Shown here: piece by piece, positions 27,404 through 37,784 of the stretch
Layout of the letters: each line of letters opens with the position of its first letter
Numbering within the stretch: position 1 is the first letter of the stretch
Source of the DNA: a virus
Lineage: Duplodnaviria; Heunggongvirae; Uroviricota; Caudoviricetes
Length of the DNA: 64,000 nucleotides
Strand: one strand, 5' to 3'
Virus record (IMG/VR): IMGVR_UViG_3300023371_000005
The notes under the pieces: model-generated
The model's input: the letters and a program-made list of their open reading frames with translations, nothing else
What the model was told of the DNA's origin: nothing
Database searches by the model: none
Made by a program: the position numbers and the translations under genes

Positions 27404-27792
27404 TGATGAGCGCTATTGAAACATTTGTGGTTCACAAAGAATGGTTAGATAGTATTGCTGGATTACCCTGTGAGACTCAGGATAGAATCATTGCGGAGTT
27501 CGTTCGATATGGCTGTGGACTGGACCCTGCGCACCCTGAGGACGCAATCGCGCAGTCTTTTGTGAATATTTTGAAAAATAGAATTGATTATAGTAAGGAT
27601 CAATATGCAAAGAAAGTTGCAATGGGAAAAACTGCTGGGGCTAAGAAGAAAATTGATGACAGACAAATTTATGAGTTGGCGCAAGAAGGAAAAACTGCAA
27701 CTGAAATTGCAACAATTTTGAATATATCTAAATCTTCTGTTGACCACAGTGATGGTTGGAGAAAGAGAAGAGAAAACGAATTTGTATTTTGA
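27403..27792 (+). CDS. Replication-initiator/replisome-organiser-like protein with C-terminal HTH
   Basis: N-terminus (HKEWLDSI..LP...IIAEFVRYG) resembles phage replisome-organiser domains from recall; HTH ATEIATILNISKSSV. Confidence 0.55.
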   Translation: MMSAIETFVVHKEWLDSIAGLPCETQDRIIAEFVRYGCGLDPAHPEDAIAQSFVNILKNRIDYSKDQYAKKVAMGKTAGAKKKIDDRQIYELAQEGKTATEIATILNISKSSVDHSDGWRKRRENEFVF

Positions 27793-27793
27793 T

Positions 27794-27955
27794 TTGCAAA
27801 ATTTGTTGCAAAGTTGCAAAAATTGTAACAATATATTCGTGCAAAGTTTGCATTTTGCATTGCATTGTACAAATCTAACTTATAACTTACAAATGCAACA
27901 ATTTTGCAAATTGAATTGCAATTTTGCAACTTAATTTTTGCAATAAATTGCAAAA
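27794..27955. repeat. AT-rich TTGCAA/TGCA array (candidate iterons)
   Basis: About 13 TGCA cores (8 full TTGCAA) in ~160 bp, followed by a GC hairpin at 27961-27983. Confidence 0.7.
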
Positions 27956-28005
27956 ATTTTAGGGGACCCCTCCGGGGATCCCCATCATAAAGGAGATAAT
28001 GGAGA

Positions 28006-28233
28006 ATGATATATCAAAGACCGAAAGGTAATGTAAGATTTGCTTATGGTAGATTTGATGATTTACCATATGGAGCCGAAGAAGTAAAGATATTTATGGT
28101 ACCTGGGGATCCAGTATTATATGTAGTACCAATTGGAGATATTCCATATGCGTATGAGAAAAATGAACCAGAAATTCCAATGTCAGATAGGCAGTGTGAG
28201 GAGTTATTGGATTATTTTAGAGAGTACGTATAA
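28006..28233 (+). CDS. Hypothetical protein
   Basis: GGAG RBS. Confidence 0.65.
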   Translation: MIYQRPKGNVRFAYGRFDDLPYGAEEVKIFMVPGDPVLYVVPIGDIPYAYEKNEPEIPMSDRQCEELLDYFREYV

Positions 28234-28543
28234 TCTTTATTTGATTTTATAAAAAAATATTGTTATAATTATTATAGTATAAAAGAAAAGGTGGAAAAGG
28301 TTATATGATGCTTGTAGATGAAGGTTATCTTCATGACAATACTATCGTGCGCATCGGGGAAGAGATGGGAATCTTTAGAAAACCCGATGAAAGCAAAGTA
28401 GAATATGTCATGAGGGTCATTCAAGAACTTCAATTCAAAAAGCCCTAAGTAGGGGTATTCAAAAAATGAATTGAAAAAATGAAATGAAAACCGAGGAACA
28501 AAATAAAAAATGAAATGAAAATCCGATTGAAAGGAAAAGTAAA

Positions 28544-28999
28544 ATGGTTTTTAGCTATAATAATTTAATGTCTGCCGCAAAGTCTGGTCAGAGACTTGGT
28601 AAGTGGAAGGATTTGCCGGTCTTTTCTTGTGATAGAATGGGACTGGCGCAAAAAGGCAATGGTGCTTATTATGTCGTCTATGATGATGACAATGCTTTCG
28701 TGAAGAAGAGCGGTTCTATGTGGTTCAGATTTGGTTATCTGGATAAGGAAGGCTCTGTTCATGAGGACACTAAGCGAGAATATTTCCCCATCCGCACAGA
28801 GAAGGACAAGGAAGTCTTCTATTATAATGAGAAGAAAGCTACAGTGGAGTTTGCGCCTGTACCGACCGTACATACTACTGCTTCTTCTGGAACTACGACT
28901 GCGGATGTGAAACTGGAGATTGACGTTGAGGGAACCTTGAAGAAGGCGAGGGAAATGACTATTGAAGATTTGCTCGCAGGATTCAACTACGGACTCTAA
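28544..28999 (+). CDS. Hypothetical protein
   Basis: 151 aa; terminator at 29093-29118. Confidence 0.7.
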   Translation: MVFSYNNLMSAAKSGQRLGKWKDLPVFSCDRMGLAQKGNGAYYVVYDDDNAFVKKSGSMWFRFGYLDKEGSVHEDTKREYFPIRTEKDKEVFYYNEKKATVEFAPVPTVHTTASSGTTTADVKLEIDVEGTLKKAREMTIEDLLAGFNYGL

Positions 29000-29092
29000 G
29001 TGGACTCGCTTCTGGAATAAAGTATTTCCGATCGTTGAGTGGTTAGAAGATTTGGGGGAGCTTATTGTGCTCTTGGATGATATATTTGATTA

Positions 29093-29118
29093 AGGAGGAC
29101 TTCGGTCCTCCTTTTTTT
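29093..29118 (+). terminator. Intrinsic terminator
   Basis: AAGGAGGAC-TTCG-GTCCTCC followed by T7. Confidence 0.75.
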
Positions 29119-29331
29119 GTTGCTTTTGGAAGAGAATTGTGAGATTGTTCTGGCCGATCGGCCCCTGGACTATCCGATCGCTTTTCCTCGTCACCGTTAC
29201 CGTTGGGGCATAAAAAAATCCACCCTCATTTTCAGAGGGTGGGTTCTAAAATTATCTTAGCGTAGCTCTTCTCTTGGTAGTTGTAGCTTAGTCAGAAATC
29301 ATCTTATGAGAATTTCTTCACAACGAGAATC

Positions 29332-29814
29332 TTACTTCATAATTTGAGCCAAAAATTCCTTTAGAGCTTCATCATCGCTCTTGGCGTGAATGGTGGCGGA
29401 ACGCTTCTTAGGATTTAGACCAACCAGCTTATCCTCGGGGATAGCATCGATTGCGGTCTTCAGTTCCTTCATTGCGCCCATCAGGGCGAAAGTCTGATCC
29501 AGGGCCTCAACCAGAGTGTCCAGGTCATCGTCAGTGATTTCCATCTCATCCATGGCGGTGTTGCCAGTCAGATCAGCGTAATCACGGAACAGGTCGACCA
29601 TCTTCAGACCCAGATCCTTTTTCTTTGCGGCCAGCTCCACCTTGGCGACACGCTCTGCCTCGGCCTTACGGGCGGCCTCCTGCTCAGCACAGAAGTCAGA
29701 CATTGCGGCGTTCATGGCATCTGCCATGGCCTGACCAATTGCATTGATATCCTGACCATTGCGCAACTGGTCCAGGAAATAGTTCTTATCATAAACCATT
29801 GGTATATACCTCAC
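29332..29814 (-). CDS. Hypothetical protein
   Basis: Own promoter at 29.84-29.87 kb, GAGG RBS. Confidence 0.75.
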   Translation of the reverse strand: MRYIPMVYDKNYFLDQLRNGQDINAIGQAMADAMNAAMSDFCAEQEAARKAEAERVAKVELAAKKKDLGLKMVDLFRDYADLTGNTAMDEMEITDDDLDTLVEALDQTFALMGAMKELKTAIDAIPEDKLVGLNPKKRSATIHAKSDDEALKEFLAQIMK

Positions 29815-30388
29815 ATTTCTTATTTATTGTACTTATATTATATCAAAAAATTTTATAAAAATCAAATCCGATCGGCGCTTTCTGCGTTCTCCGAACGCAG
29901 ATTGGATTTTTTATAAAAAAAATGTTATAATAAAAAAAAAGAACATTTTTACCGATCGGGACTTTCAATTCAATGTTTCGCCATATGAGAATTCCCGATC
30001 GGCCCTCCGGGGTGGGGTGCTAGATTTCGGGAGAACGGGGCATATGCGGAAGTCGCTAGAAGTAGCAGAAAAATTCCATATGGGGTATACCGATCGGAAA
30101 ATCGGGCCCTGACCTCCGTTCAGGGCCCGTTGAACCACACCCTTATTATACCACAAGTCGAGGTATTTGTCAACCCCTAAATCAAAAAAAAATCGACTGA
30201 TTTCTCAGTCGATTTCTAAACAGCCATCCCAATGGAAGTGCGCCGTCACATGGAGGCTTGCACCGCACTCGGGGCAGATTGTGTAGGAAGTGCCGGTGAC
30301 AAAATCGCCGTTGTCTTCCAGATCGTCGAACTCGTCCACATCAAAGGACGCACCGCAGTAAGGACATTCACCCATTTTTCATACCTCC

Positions 30389-30577
30389 TTAGCAATCATA
30401 GGTGTAGCAACCTTCGTAGGGGTCGAAGCCGAAGTCATCGTCAATGTCTTCGGGTTCGTAGTCATCGTCGTACTCACAGGGGGCGGGAGTGCCATCATCG
30501 GGATAGTGGCAACGGGGGTATTCTTCGTCCTCGTCCTTCCAGTAGTAACCGCAATTAGAATCAGCACAGGTAGCCAT
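30389..30577 (-). CDS. Small Cys/Asp-rich protein
   Basis: AGGAGG RBS, own promoter. Confidence 0.65.
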   Translation of the reverse strand: MATCADSNCGYYWKDEDEEYPRCHYPDDGTPAPCEYDDDYEPEDIDDDFGFDPYEGCYTYDC

Positions 30578-30654
30578 TTTGTTTTCCTCCTTGTTTGATT
30601 TTCTTTATTATACCATGTCGGGGGGCATTTGTCAAGCCCCCCGACAACTTTTTT

Positions 30655-31269
30655 TTAGAAAGGCAGTTCGTCTGCCAGTCCGGCAACCTCATTCCATTCC
30701 TCGACAATCGCAGGAATATCGATGAAAGGACGGCTTGCCATGTAGTCCGCCATGTGGACACATCTGTCCACATTGGTAAAGGGTCTGTCCTCTTTCTCGG
30801 TAGACCACTGACCCATGTGAGCGCAGACAGCGTTCAGAAGCAGAAAATGGGGTTCGCCGTAACCAGTGACCAGACAGTAATCACGGAAAGCAGTCGCCGC
30901 ATTTCTGGCGTGATTCTTGTACTCGGCCTTGTCGAAACCATCCAGACCATACTTGACAGTATCGTGAATGATACAGGCGACAATGACGAAATCCTTGTAT
31001 TCTTCCTTCATGTATGCGTAAGAACTCATGCGGAGCAGTTCTTCGGCGAACATGACAACCGCCTTGGTGTGGCGAACCAGACCGCCAACGCCCTGGGACA
31101 TCTTGGGGTGATACTTGCCAGAACTGGAAGCACCGTCTGTCCAGAAGTAGTCGGGAACTCGGTCGATCAGGTATCCCTTGACCGCCATGCGGAGATCCTC
31201 GTCCAGGATGAGGGACAGTTCCCTCTCAAAAAGCTTGATGTTCTTCATGGGTATCAATTCCTCTCTCAT
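30655..31269 (-). CDS. HD-domain phosphohydrolase
   Basis: GKYHP...GGLVRHT, IHD, HMGQW, HMAD. Confidence 0.85.
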   Translation of the reverse strand: MREELIPMKNIKLFERELSLILDEDLRMAVKGYLIDRVPDYFWTDGASSSGKYHPKMSQGVGGLVRHTKAVVMFAEELLRMSSYAYMKEEYKDFVIVACIIHDTVKYGLDGFDKAEYKNHARNAATAFRDYCLVTGYGEPHFLLLNAVCAHMGQWSTEKEDRPFTNVDRCVHMADYMASRPFIDIPAIVEEWNEVAGLADELPF

Positions 31270-31295
31270 TTGATGTACTCATTATAGCATAGGAT

Positions 31296-31487
31296 TTAGA
31301 GTTTGTCAAGTACTTTTTTAGAAAATTCTGTGTATTCAATACACATTTTCAAAGTATCTTTTTCAACTGTCACACGCACAGAACTAACAAGGGGATTTTG
31401 TATCATCAGTTCGCCGGCCATTTTCTTGACCTCTGAATAGGGGATACCCTTACCAATTTCAATTCTAGCCATTGTTTTTCCCTCCAT
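31296..31487 (-). CDS. Hypothetical protein
   Basis: Co-oriented small ORF. Confidence 0.5.
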   Translation of the reverse strand: MEGKTMARIEIGKGIPYSEVKKMAGELMIQNPLVSSVRVTVEKDTLKMCIEYTEFSKKVLDKL

Positions 31488-31873
31488 GGTTCTGGGTTAC
31501 CCCAGAACCACAAAATTTTTGCCGTAGTGGTCGTGAACGCCTTCTTCTACATTGTAGGTGATGGACAGTTCATCCATGTAAATGACCTTGGAATCACCAA
31601 AACCGAGTTCTTCCATGGTCTGAAGCTGGCGGAGCAGTTCACTAACAGTAATGCACTTTTTATTCATGGGGGTTACCTCCTCTTGATTTATAATACAATT
31701 ATACCACCGATTCCGGGAAAATCAAGTTGGAGTATTGCACAAAAAATGCGCCCCAAAAATTGTTGGAGTTGGTTATTTTGCCGAAAAACCGGCCCGCGCG
31801 CACGTAAAGGGCCGGCCGAAATTTGTGCAAATTGCACAAAAACGAAGAAAAACCGGGATTTTTCCCGGTTTTT

Positions 31874-32242
31874 CTAACTTTTTGCCTTTCTTTTTGCGAT
31901 TAAAGTCAATTCGTAGGCATTTTCACCAATTTTGAAGCTAATTTGACGAGTTTTGTTGGTGATTTCCACTGAAACGTAGCCTTTTTCCGCTAAAAAGTGG
32001 GCGATTTCCGCAATTACAGCCTCTTTTTCCGGATTTTCGGTGGGTTTTCGTGCGGATTTGGTGGTTTTTGGCGATTTTGTGTCCGCATTAGCGTTTTTCA
32101 TAGCCAGTTTGTGTGCTTCTGGACTCAAATCAAAGTCCATTTGCTCTCCCCTGTCGATGCATTTATCATCGGCAAGAATGGCTTCGGCTTCGCTTCTGGA
32201 ACACTTGAGAGAACGCATGATGCGTTCGATTTGGCTATCCAT
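31874..32242 (-). CDS. Hypothetical protein, paralog of 34932-35288
   Basis: Shared DK.IDRGE motif and C-terminus. Confidence 0.75.
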   Translation of the reverse strand: MDSQIERIMRSLKCSRSEAEAILADDKCIDRGEQMDFDLSPEAHKLAMKNANADTKSPKTTKSARKPTENPEKEAVIAEIAHFLAEKGYVSVEITNKTRQISFKIGENAYELTLIAKRKAKS

Positions 32243-32341
32243 GGTGGTTGCCCCCTTTCCTTACTTAGTATAGCACATTTGGGGGGATTTGTCAAGAGGA
32301 AAGTTTGGGGGAGAATTTCTCCCCCTCTCCCCTCTCTCTGG

Positions 32342-32734
32342 TTAGACCAGAGAGAAGAAAGCCTTTCTCTTGTCCTCGGTTCTCTTGACCTGGCCTGCAT
32401 CAACCATCTGGCGAACCAGAGCGGACATTCTCTGGTTGGTCATGGTGTCAGGCAGGTTGGGAACCTTTTTCAGCAGTTCGGACACGGTGAACAGCTGATT
32501 GGGATTGGCTTCCATCACAGCCAGAACACCGGCCTTGATGGTTGCGTTGGCTTCCTGCTGAGCGGTGGGCTTCTTCTCAGCGGAGTTCTTCTTGGCCAGC
32601 AGTTCCTGCTCGTGGGCGATGAACTCAGCCAGCATGGGGTTGTTGGCGACTTCGGGGATGTTCGCAATCATAGCGAACTTCTGAGCCTTGGTCAGCTTGG
32701 TGGATGCGGAAGCGGAAGAAGTAGTGTTAGCCAT
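32342..32734 (-). CDS. Winged-helix-like DNA-binding protein
   Basis: TVSELLK...TNQRMSALVRQMVDAGQV; close paralog of 35368-35745. Confidence 0.7.
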   Translation of the reverse strand: MANTTSSASASTKLTKAQKFAMIANIPEVANNPMLAEFIAHEQELLAKKNSAEKKPTAQQEANATIKAGVLAVMEANPNQLFTVSELLKKVPNLPDTMTNQRMSALVRQMVDAGQVKRTEDKRKAFFSLV

Positions 32735-33092
32735 AGTATCAATTCCTTTCGGTTTTAGCGACTTGAACCTGTCGATGATTTATTCTGTAAGAGGTGTTCC
32801 TCTTTACATTCTTATTATAGCACATTCGGCTCGGTTTGTCAAGAACTTTTTTTCTTTTTTTTTCTTGACCTTGGAGGGTTGCCCCTCTCTTTTTGTACCC
32901 TCATTGTATCACATCTTGGGCGGTTTGTCAAGAGGTTTTTTCAACTTTTTTTTTCGCTCGGCTCGCTCTGTCCTGCGTTGTTGCCTGTCCCTCACTGACA
33001 AGGGTATTATACCATAGCCAGAAGCGGATTGCAATAGGCAAAGTATACAAAATCGGGAGAAATAATTTGTGCATTTTTTTCGCATTTTCCTC

Positions 33093-33215
33093 TTGACAAA
33101 TTGCTGGGGGTATGGTATAATGGAAATTCTGCCCGGGCACACTCGCGCCCGGGCCGCCGAAATGTCAATTGGTAATTTTGCACAAAAAAGTGAGGGTTGC
33201 CCCTCACTCATTTTT
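33093..33215 (+). promoter_or_regulatory. Promoter/GC-hairpin/terminator unit
   Basis: TTGACA-17-TATAAT, GCCCGGG hairpin, then a terminator-like hairpin; similar units at 36416-36513 and 40570-40667. Confidence 0.7.
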
Positions 33216-33645
33216 GAATGACCGTTTCCAGATTGATTCCGGCGCTGACTTCTTCCCAGTTCTCCACATTGTCAACATGGACAACCTTGTGACAGCCATT
33301 GACCATCATCAGAGAATAGGTTGCGTTCTCATAACCGCACAGAACCTGGACAACCTCTTTGCCGATTGCCATGCCGAAGCCGGCTTCCCATGCCGTACCA
33401 GAGTCGGAATACATACCGAAGTTGAGAACCATGACCACATCACAGTCATGGATGGCTTCAATGTCCATTTCAAAGACACGCTTTGCCCAGTCAGAGTTCG
33501 GCAAGTCCCATGCGTTGGGAACTTCATGCTCCTGGGGTACATGAACCGGATAACCTGCGGAGCGCAGACGAGAGATGGTTTCCTTGTAGACTACCAATTC
33601 AGTAGCATTGAAGAACGGCGAAGCCAGATAGATTTTCTTTTTCAT
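33208..33645 (-). CDS. Nucleoside 2-deoxyribosyltransferase family protein
   Basis: IYLASPFF, DIEAIHDCD, DSGTAWEAG. Confidence 0.85.
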   Translation of the reverse strand: MKKKIYLASPFFNATELVVYKETISRLRSAGYPVHVPQEHEVPNAWDLPNSDWAKRVFEMDIEAIHDCDVVMVLNFGMYSDSGTAWEAGFGMAIGKEVVQVLCGYENATYSLMMVNGCHKVVHVDNVENWEEVSAGINLETVIQK

Positions 33646-33701
33646 AGTGTTCAGTTCCTTTCCTTTTTGTATTCTCATTATACCATGAGAAAAGGCTTTT
33701 G

Positions 33702-34046
33702 TCAAGCCTTTTCTACTCGGTAGAAGAAAAATTTATTGACAATTCTTTTTGCCTTTTTGTCGTGGCAAAAATAAATACTTCCGAACAGATGTGTGGAATC
33801 GTCCATCAATTTGAGATTTTGAATTGCTTCCAATTTCACAGGCTTGCTTACATTGCGGAAGAGTTTCCAGAAGAAAACGAATGGGAAAAGCAGGATTTCC
33901 AGAATAATTTCCAGAATACCAGTGATGAGCAGATAGGGAAGCTGGATGAAGTTCATCCATCTCTGGCCCCACAGTTCTTCGTGAATGAAAGACAGGATAA
34001 TGTATCCGGCAAGAATACCTAATAAGAAATTCAACATTTTACACAC
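33702..34046 (-). CDS. Membrane protein
   Basis: Two TM-like segments, GAGG RBS. Confidence 0.65.
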   Translation of the reverse strand: MCKMLNFLLGILAGYIILSFIHEELWGQRWMNFIQLPYLLITGILEIILEILLFPFVFFWKLFRNVSKPVKLEAIQNLKLMDDSTHLFGSIYFCHDKKAKRIVNKFFFYRVEKA

Positions 34047-34101
34047 CTCATTTGTTTTTCTTTATTATAGCATGAATTGGGGGTTTTGTCAACCCCCAAT
34101 T

Positions 34102-34428
34102 TTACGGAAGTTCATCGGGATAGCAGAAGCATTCCCATGCGATACTCTCCCAAGTTTCCATACACTTGGAAGTGTTGCACAGCCAGATCGTGACAAAGAA
34201 AGTATTGACAACAGGCAGACCAATCATCAAAGCGCACTGGATGAGACTGATGAAAGTCTTTGCCCAGTTCGTAGGCTGTTTGACCCTGACCATGCCCTTG
34301 GCCTTGCACTCCTTAAAAGTGGGAATCATAGCCAGACTGGCGAACACGAACAGATACAGGAAAGCCAGAATTGCGCTTGCGACATAGACCCAGAAGAAAA
34401 TTTCTAACATAACATTTACCTCACTCAT
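34102..34428 (-). CDS. Membrane protein
   Basis: TM-like segments, own promoter. Confidence 0.65.
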   Translation of the reverse strand: MSEVNVMLEIFFWVYVASAILAFLYLFVFASLAMIPTFKECKAKGMVRVKQPTNWAKTFISLIQCALMIGLPVVNTFFVTIWLCNTSKCMETWESIAWECFCYPDELP

Positions 34429-34482
34429 TTAATTTTCTTTATTATAACATAGGTTTGCGAATTTGTCAAGAGTTATTTTGTA

Positions 34483-34695
34483 TCAAAGGGACATTTTCTG
34501 TCCCCAGATACAACGCTCAAAGGCAGGCTTGTAGACATTGTTCCAAATGAACTCCATCTCGTTGTAAGCTTCTCTGTCCTCCACAATCATTGCGTAGAAC
34601 TGAACTGCTCCGAACGCCTGATGAATCCACAGTTCTTTGCCGTCCTTCTGGCACTGAGCCAAAAGCCAATCGATGTGCTGTTTCAGTTTATCCAT
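34483..34695 (-). CDS. Hypothetical protein
   Basis: Start set at the ATG after AGGAGG. Confidence 0.7.
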   Translation of the reverse strand: MDKLKQHIDWLLAQCQKDGKELWIHQAFGAVQFYAMIVEDREAYNEMEFIWNNVYKPAFERCIWGQKMSL

Positions 34696-34931
34696 GGTGA
34701 TTACCTCCTTGATTTGTACCCTAATTATAGCATAGGTTTCGGGATTTGTCAAGGGGTTTTGCAAAAATAATTTTTGCAAGAAAAATTGCTGAAATAGGGG
34801 GTTAGTAGCGAAATGCCGGGCGCCACACTCGTCAGCGCCCGGCCATTATACCACATTCTTTTGAAAATGTCAAGCATTATTTTTTCGTCAAAATGCACAA
34901 AAAATCTGTCCGCGCTGGGCGGACAGATTTC

Positions 34932-35288
34932 TCAGGAGCGGGGACACGCAAGGGTGACTTTGTACTTCGTGCCGTTGTGGGTGAACAGGAACTCACGCTC
35001 GGCATTGGTGACATTGAACTCGGTGATTCCCAGTCCATTCAGACCTTCCATCATTGCGGAACACAGCTCTGCCTTTTCCGGCTTGGCTTTCTTCTCTCTT
35101 TTGGTGGTGGTCTGCTTGCGGTCTGCCTGTCGTGCTTTCTTTGCGCCCGCTTCCAGTTCGGGGTCAAGCTCAAACAACTTTTCGCCCCTGTCGATTCGCT
35201 TGTCTTCGTCCATCAGTTCGATGGCTTCCTCACGGCTGATGTTCAGCGACTTCATCAGCTTCTGGATTTTCTCTTCCATCGGGGTCAT
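34932..35288 (-). CDS. Hypothetical protein, paralog of 31874-32242
   Basis: EDKRIDRGEKLF. Confidence 0.75.
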   Translation of the reverse strand: MTPMEEKIQKLMKSLNISREEAIELMDEDKRIDRGEKLFELDPELEAGAKKARQADRKQTTTKREKKAKPEKAELCSAMMEGLNGLGITEFNVTNAEREFLFTHNGTKYKVTLACPRS

Positions 35289-35367
35289 CTCCTTTCTGTA
35301 CTAAGTATAGCACAGATTGCTGGATTTGTCAAGGGGAAATTTTGGGGGAGTTTCCTCCCCCATCGGG

Positions 35368-35745
35368 TTACGCAATGGCGAAGAACGCCTTGCGCTTGTC
35401 CTCGGAGCGGACAACCTGACCCGCATCGACCATCTGACGGACGAGTGCGCTCATGCGCTGATTGGTCATGGTGTCGGGCAGACCGGGCACTTCCTTGAGC
35501 AGTTCGGACACGGTGCGCTTCTTGCCGTCAGCCAGAACCTCCAGAACGGCGGTCTTGATTACGGCATTTGCCTCCTGCTGGGCAGTGGGCTTCTTGTCGG
35601 CGGAGTTCTTCTTTGCCAGAAGCTCAACTTCGTGGGCGATGAACTCGGACAGCATGGGGTCAGCCTTGACGGCGGGCAGTTCAGCCAGAATGGCGAACTT
35701 CTGAGCCTTGGTCAGACGAGCGGAAGAAGAAGTAGTGTTAGCCAT
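35368..35745 (-). CDS. Winged-helix-like DNA-binding protein
   Basis: Close paralog of 32342-32734 (MANTTSSS start). Confidence 0.7.
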   Translation of the reverse strand: MANTTSSSARLTKAQKFAILAELPAVKADPMLSEFIAHEVELLAKKNSADKKPTAQQEANAVIKTAVLEVLADGKKRTVSELLKEVPGLPDTMTNQRMSALVRQMVDAGQVVRSEDKRKAFFAIA

Positions 35746-36516
35746 AGTATCGATCTCCAATCTTGCGGTAGGTCGCAACCCAAATTTGATTTATCTGTAA
35801 GAGGTGTTCCTCTTTACATTCTTATTGTATCACATCTTGAGCCAGTTGTCAAGAGGTTTTTTGAATTTTTTTTTGGCTTTCACTCCACCTAGTCCCTAAT
35901 ACAGCCTCGGGATTGGTTCACATTTATATTCCGCACAACGGAGCGACCGTGCGGTCGAGGACTTTGTCGTCATGGTCTGACACGACTCTCGTGGGTCTTG
36001 TCTCAACGACTTCTGCCATGCTTCCCTCTTTTGTACCCTTATTATAACACATCTTGGGGAGTTTGTCAAGAGGTTTTTTTTCAGATTTCCTTCTGTTCGG
36101 TCATCTTGTGGTCACTTGCTCCGCAAGCCCTACCGCCTCCGACCACGGCTAACCTCTTGACTTCTCTTACATTGTATCACAACTTGGGGGATTTGTCAAG
36201 GGGTTTCTTGAAGTTTCTTCAAGAAAGTTGCGTGCCGGAAGGTTGGGTCGTACACAGCCTCTGCCAACAGTTCGACGCCTAGCGTGGGTTTCCCAACTCC
36301 CGAGGCGTTCCCTCCCCTTGACACCAATACTATACCACATCTGCCCCCAGATTGCAATTGGCAAAATACACAAAATCGGGAAAAATAATTATTTATTATT
36401 TGTGCAATTTTCCTCTTGACAAATTGGCTGGCGGTGTGGTATAATAAAATTTCGGCGCCCATCAACCGTGGGCGCCGCGCCGAAAAAGCCACCCCAAAAA
36501 TGGGGTGGCTTTCGTA

Positions 36517-36945
36517 TCAGCTGGGCAGACCTCCGCCCATAACCTGAATCACCTTCAAAACCATGTCCTCGGCTGACATACACTCTTCGGGTTCCTCGGG
36601 GGGCAGGAGTTCGGCTTTCTGCTGTTCGGCCAGGGCGGACATGACCTCGAAAATGTTGGGGATGATTTCTCGCTCGACCTCGAGTTCGGGTTCGGGGATG
36701 GGTTCCTCGTCCTGTTCCCAGAGGTGCTTCATCAGCACCCCCAGAATCATCAGAGAGAACTCGTCCGTGGCGAACTGGTCGGGGTGGTTCACCAGAGCCA
36801 GAACCTCGCCGGTGTAGCCGTCGCACACATGGGCATGATTGCCGTTCGTGTCAGCTCTCAGCAGTTCCAGGATTGCGATTTCGGGGTCGTCAGTCTTGAC
36901 AGTGACCTCAGCGTCGGAGTAAAAAACAGAGATTACATACTTCAT
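36517..36945 (-). CDS. Hypothetical acidic protein
   Basis: Own promoter and leader. Confidence 0.7.
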   Translation of the reverse strand: MKYVISVFYSDAEVTVKTDDPEIAILELLRADTNGNHAHVCDGYTGEVLALVNHPDQFATDEFSLMILGVLMKHLWEQDEEPIPEPELEVEREIIPNIFEVMSALAEQQKAELLPPEEPEECMSAEDMVLKVIQVMGGGLPS

Positions 36946-37044
36946 AGGTATCAGTTCCTTTCCTTTGTTGTACCAACATTATAACATGGATTAGTTGGTT
37001 TGTCAAGAGGTTTTTGAAAAATTTTTTTTAGGGGATGGGGCGGA

Positions 37045-37725
37045 TTACTCCGCCCACTTGGGGAAACACTTGTTGTATTCCTTGCCCTTGGCATCCCAGC
37101 AATGCACATTCTTGGTGAACTTCTTGTGTGTCCGCAGACAGCGGACAAAAATCTGCATTTCAATCATGGCATCAGCCAGAGCCGTGTGTTCCTCGATGAA
37201 GTCGGGGTCGTTAGTGATGAACGCATACACGGCTTCCGCAGTGGTCGCACAAGTGTTCTTGCTTCTGGACTGGAAGCCATTTGCACGGCAAAACTTGGCA
37301 TAGCCTTTCTGGTGGCAGATGGTCTGGGTTGCCATCAACCAAAGGTCGATGAACTCGAACTCCTCAGCCAACGCACGGCAGGCAGTTTTGGTAAGGTCGA
37401 AAGCGGAATTGTAAGCACAGATGTACTTGACGCCGTAGAAGTGGCACAGATTGGAAACAATGCTGACTGCCTCGGCTTCGGTAGTCACCGCAGACATTTC
37501 ACCGCTTGCCAGTCTCTTGGCATAGATGGGGAAGTTCTTCTTGGCATAGTCATCGTTGCGGATTTCCTCATAGTGTTCCATCACCAGAAGATTGGTGGTT
37601 GCGAAGATGTTACCCTCTCTGTCATGGATGGTACAGCCGACATTGTACATTCCGGAGGGAGTGGAAGCACCGCCTACAGTCTCGGTGTCCAGAGTACAGA
37701 AAATTGTCTTATTCATTGGTATCAA
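37045..37725 (-). CDS. DEDDh 3'-5' exonuclease
   Basis: LDTET, AYNSAFD, HTALAD. Confidence 0.85.
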   Translation of the reverse strand: MIPMNKTIFCTLDTETVGGASTPSGMYNVGCTIHDREGNIFATTNLLVMEHYEEIRNDDYAKKNFPIYAKRLASGEMSAVTTEAEAVSIVSNLCHFYGVKYICAYNSAFDLTKTACRALAEEFEFIDLWLMATQTICHQKGYAKFCRANGFQSRSKNTCATTAEAVYAFITNDPDFIEEHTALADAMIEMQIFVRCLRTHKKFTKNVHCWDAKGKEYNKCFPKWAE

Positions 37726-37784
37726 TTCCTTTCCTTTGATGAACTTATTGTATCACAAAATAGCCGGTTTGTCAAGGGATTTTT

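Noticed and set aside
27794-27955. TTGCAA array as a CRISPR array
   Set aside because: No constant 25-40-nt repeat with unique spacers; no CRISPR array seen anywhere in the window
28465-28535. AAAAAATGAAATGAAAA tandem repeats as a second origin
   Set aside because: Only two or three low-complexity copies with no supporting context
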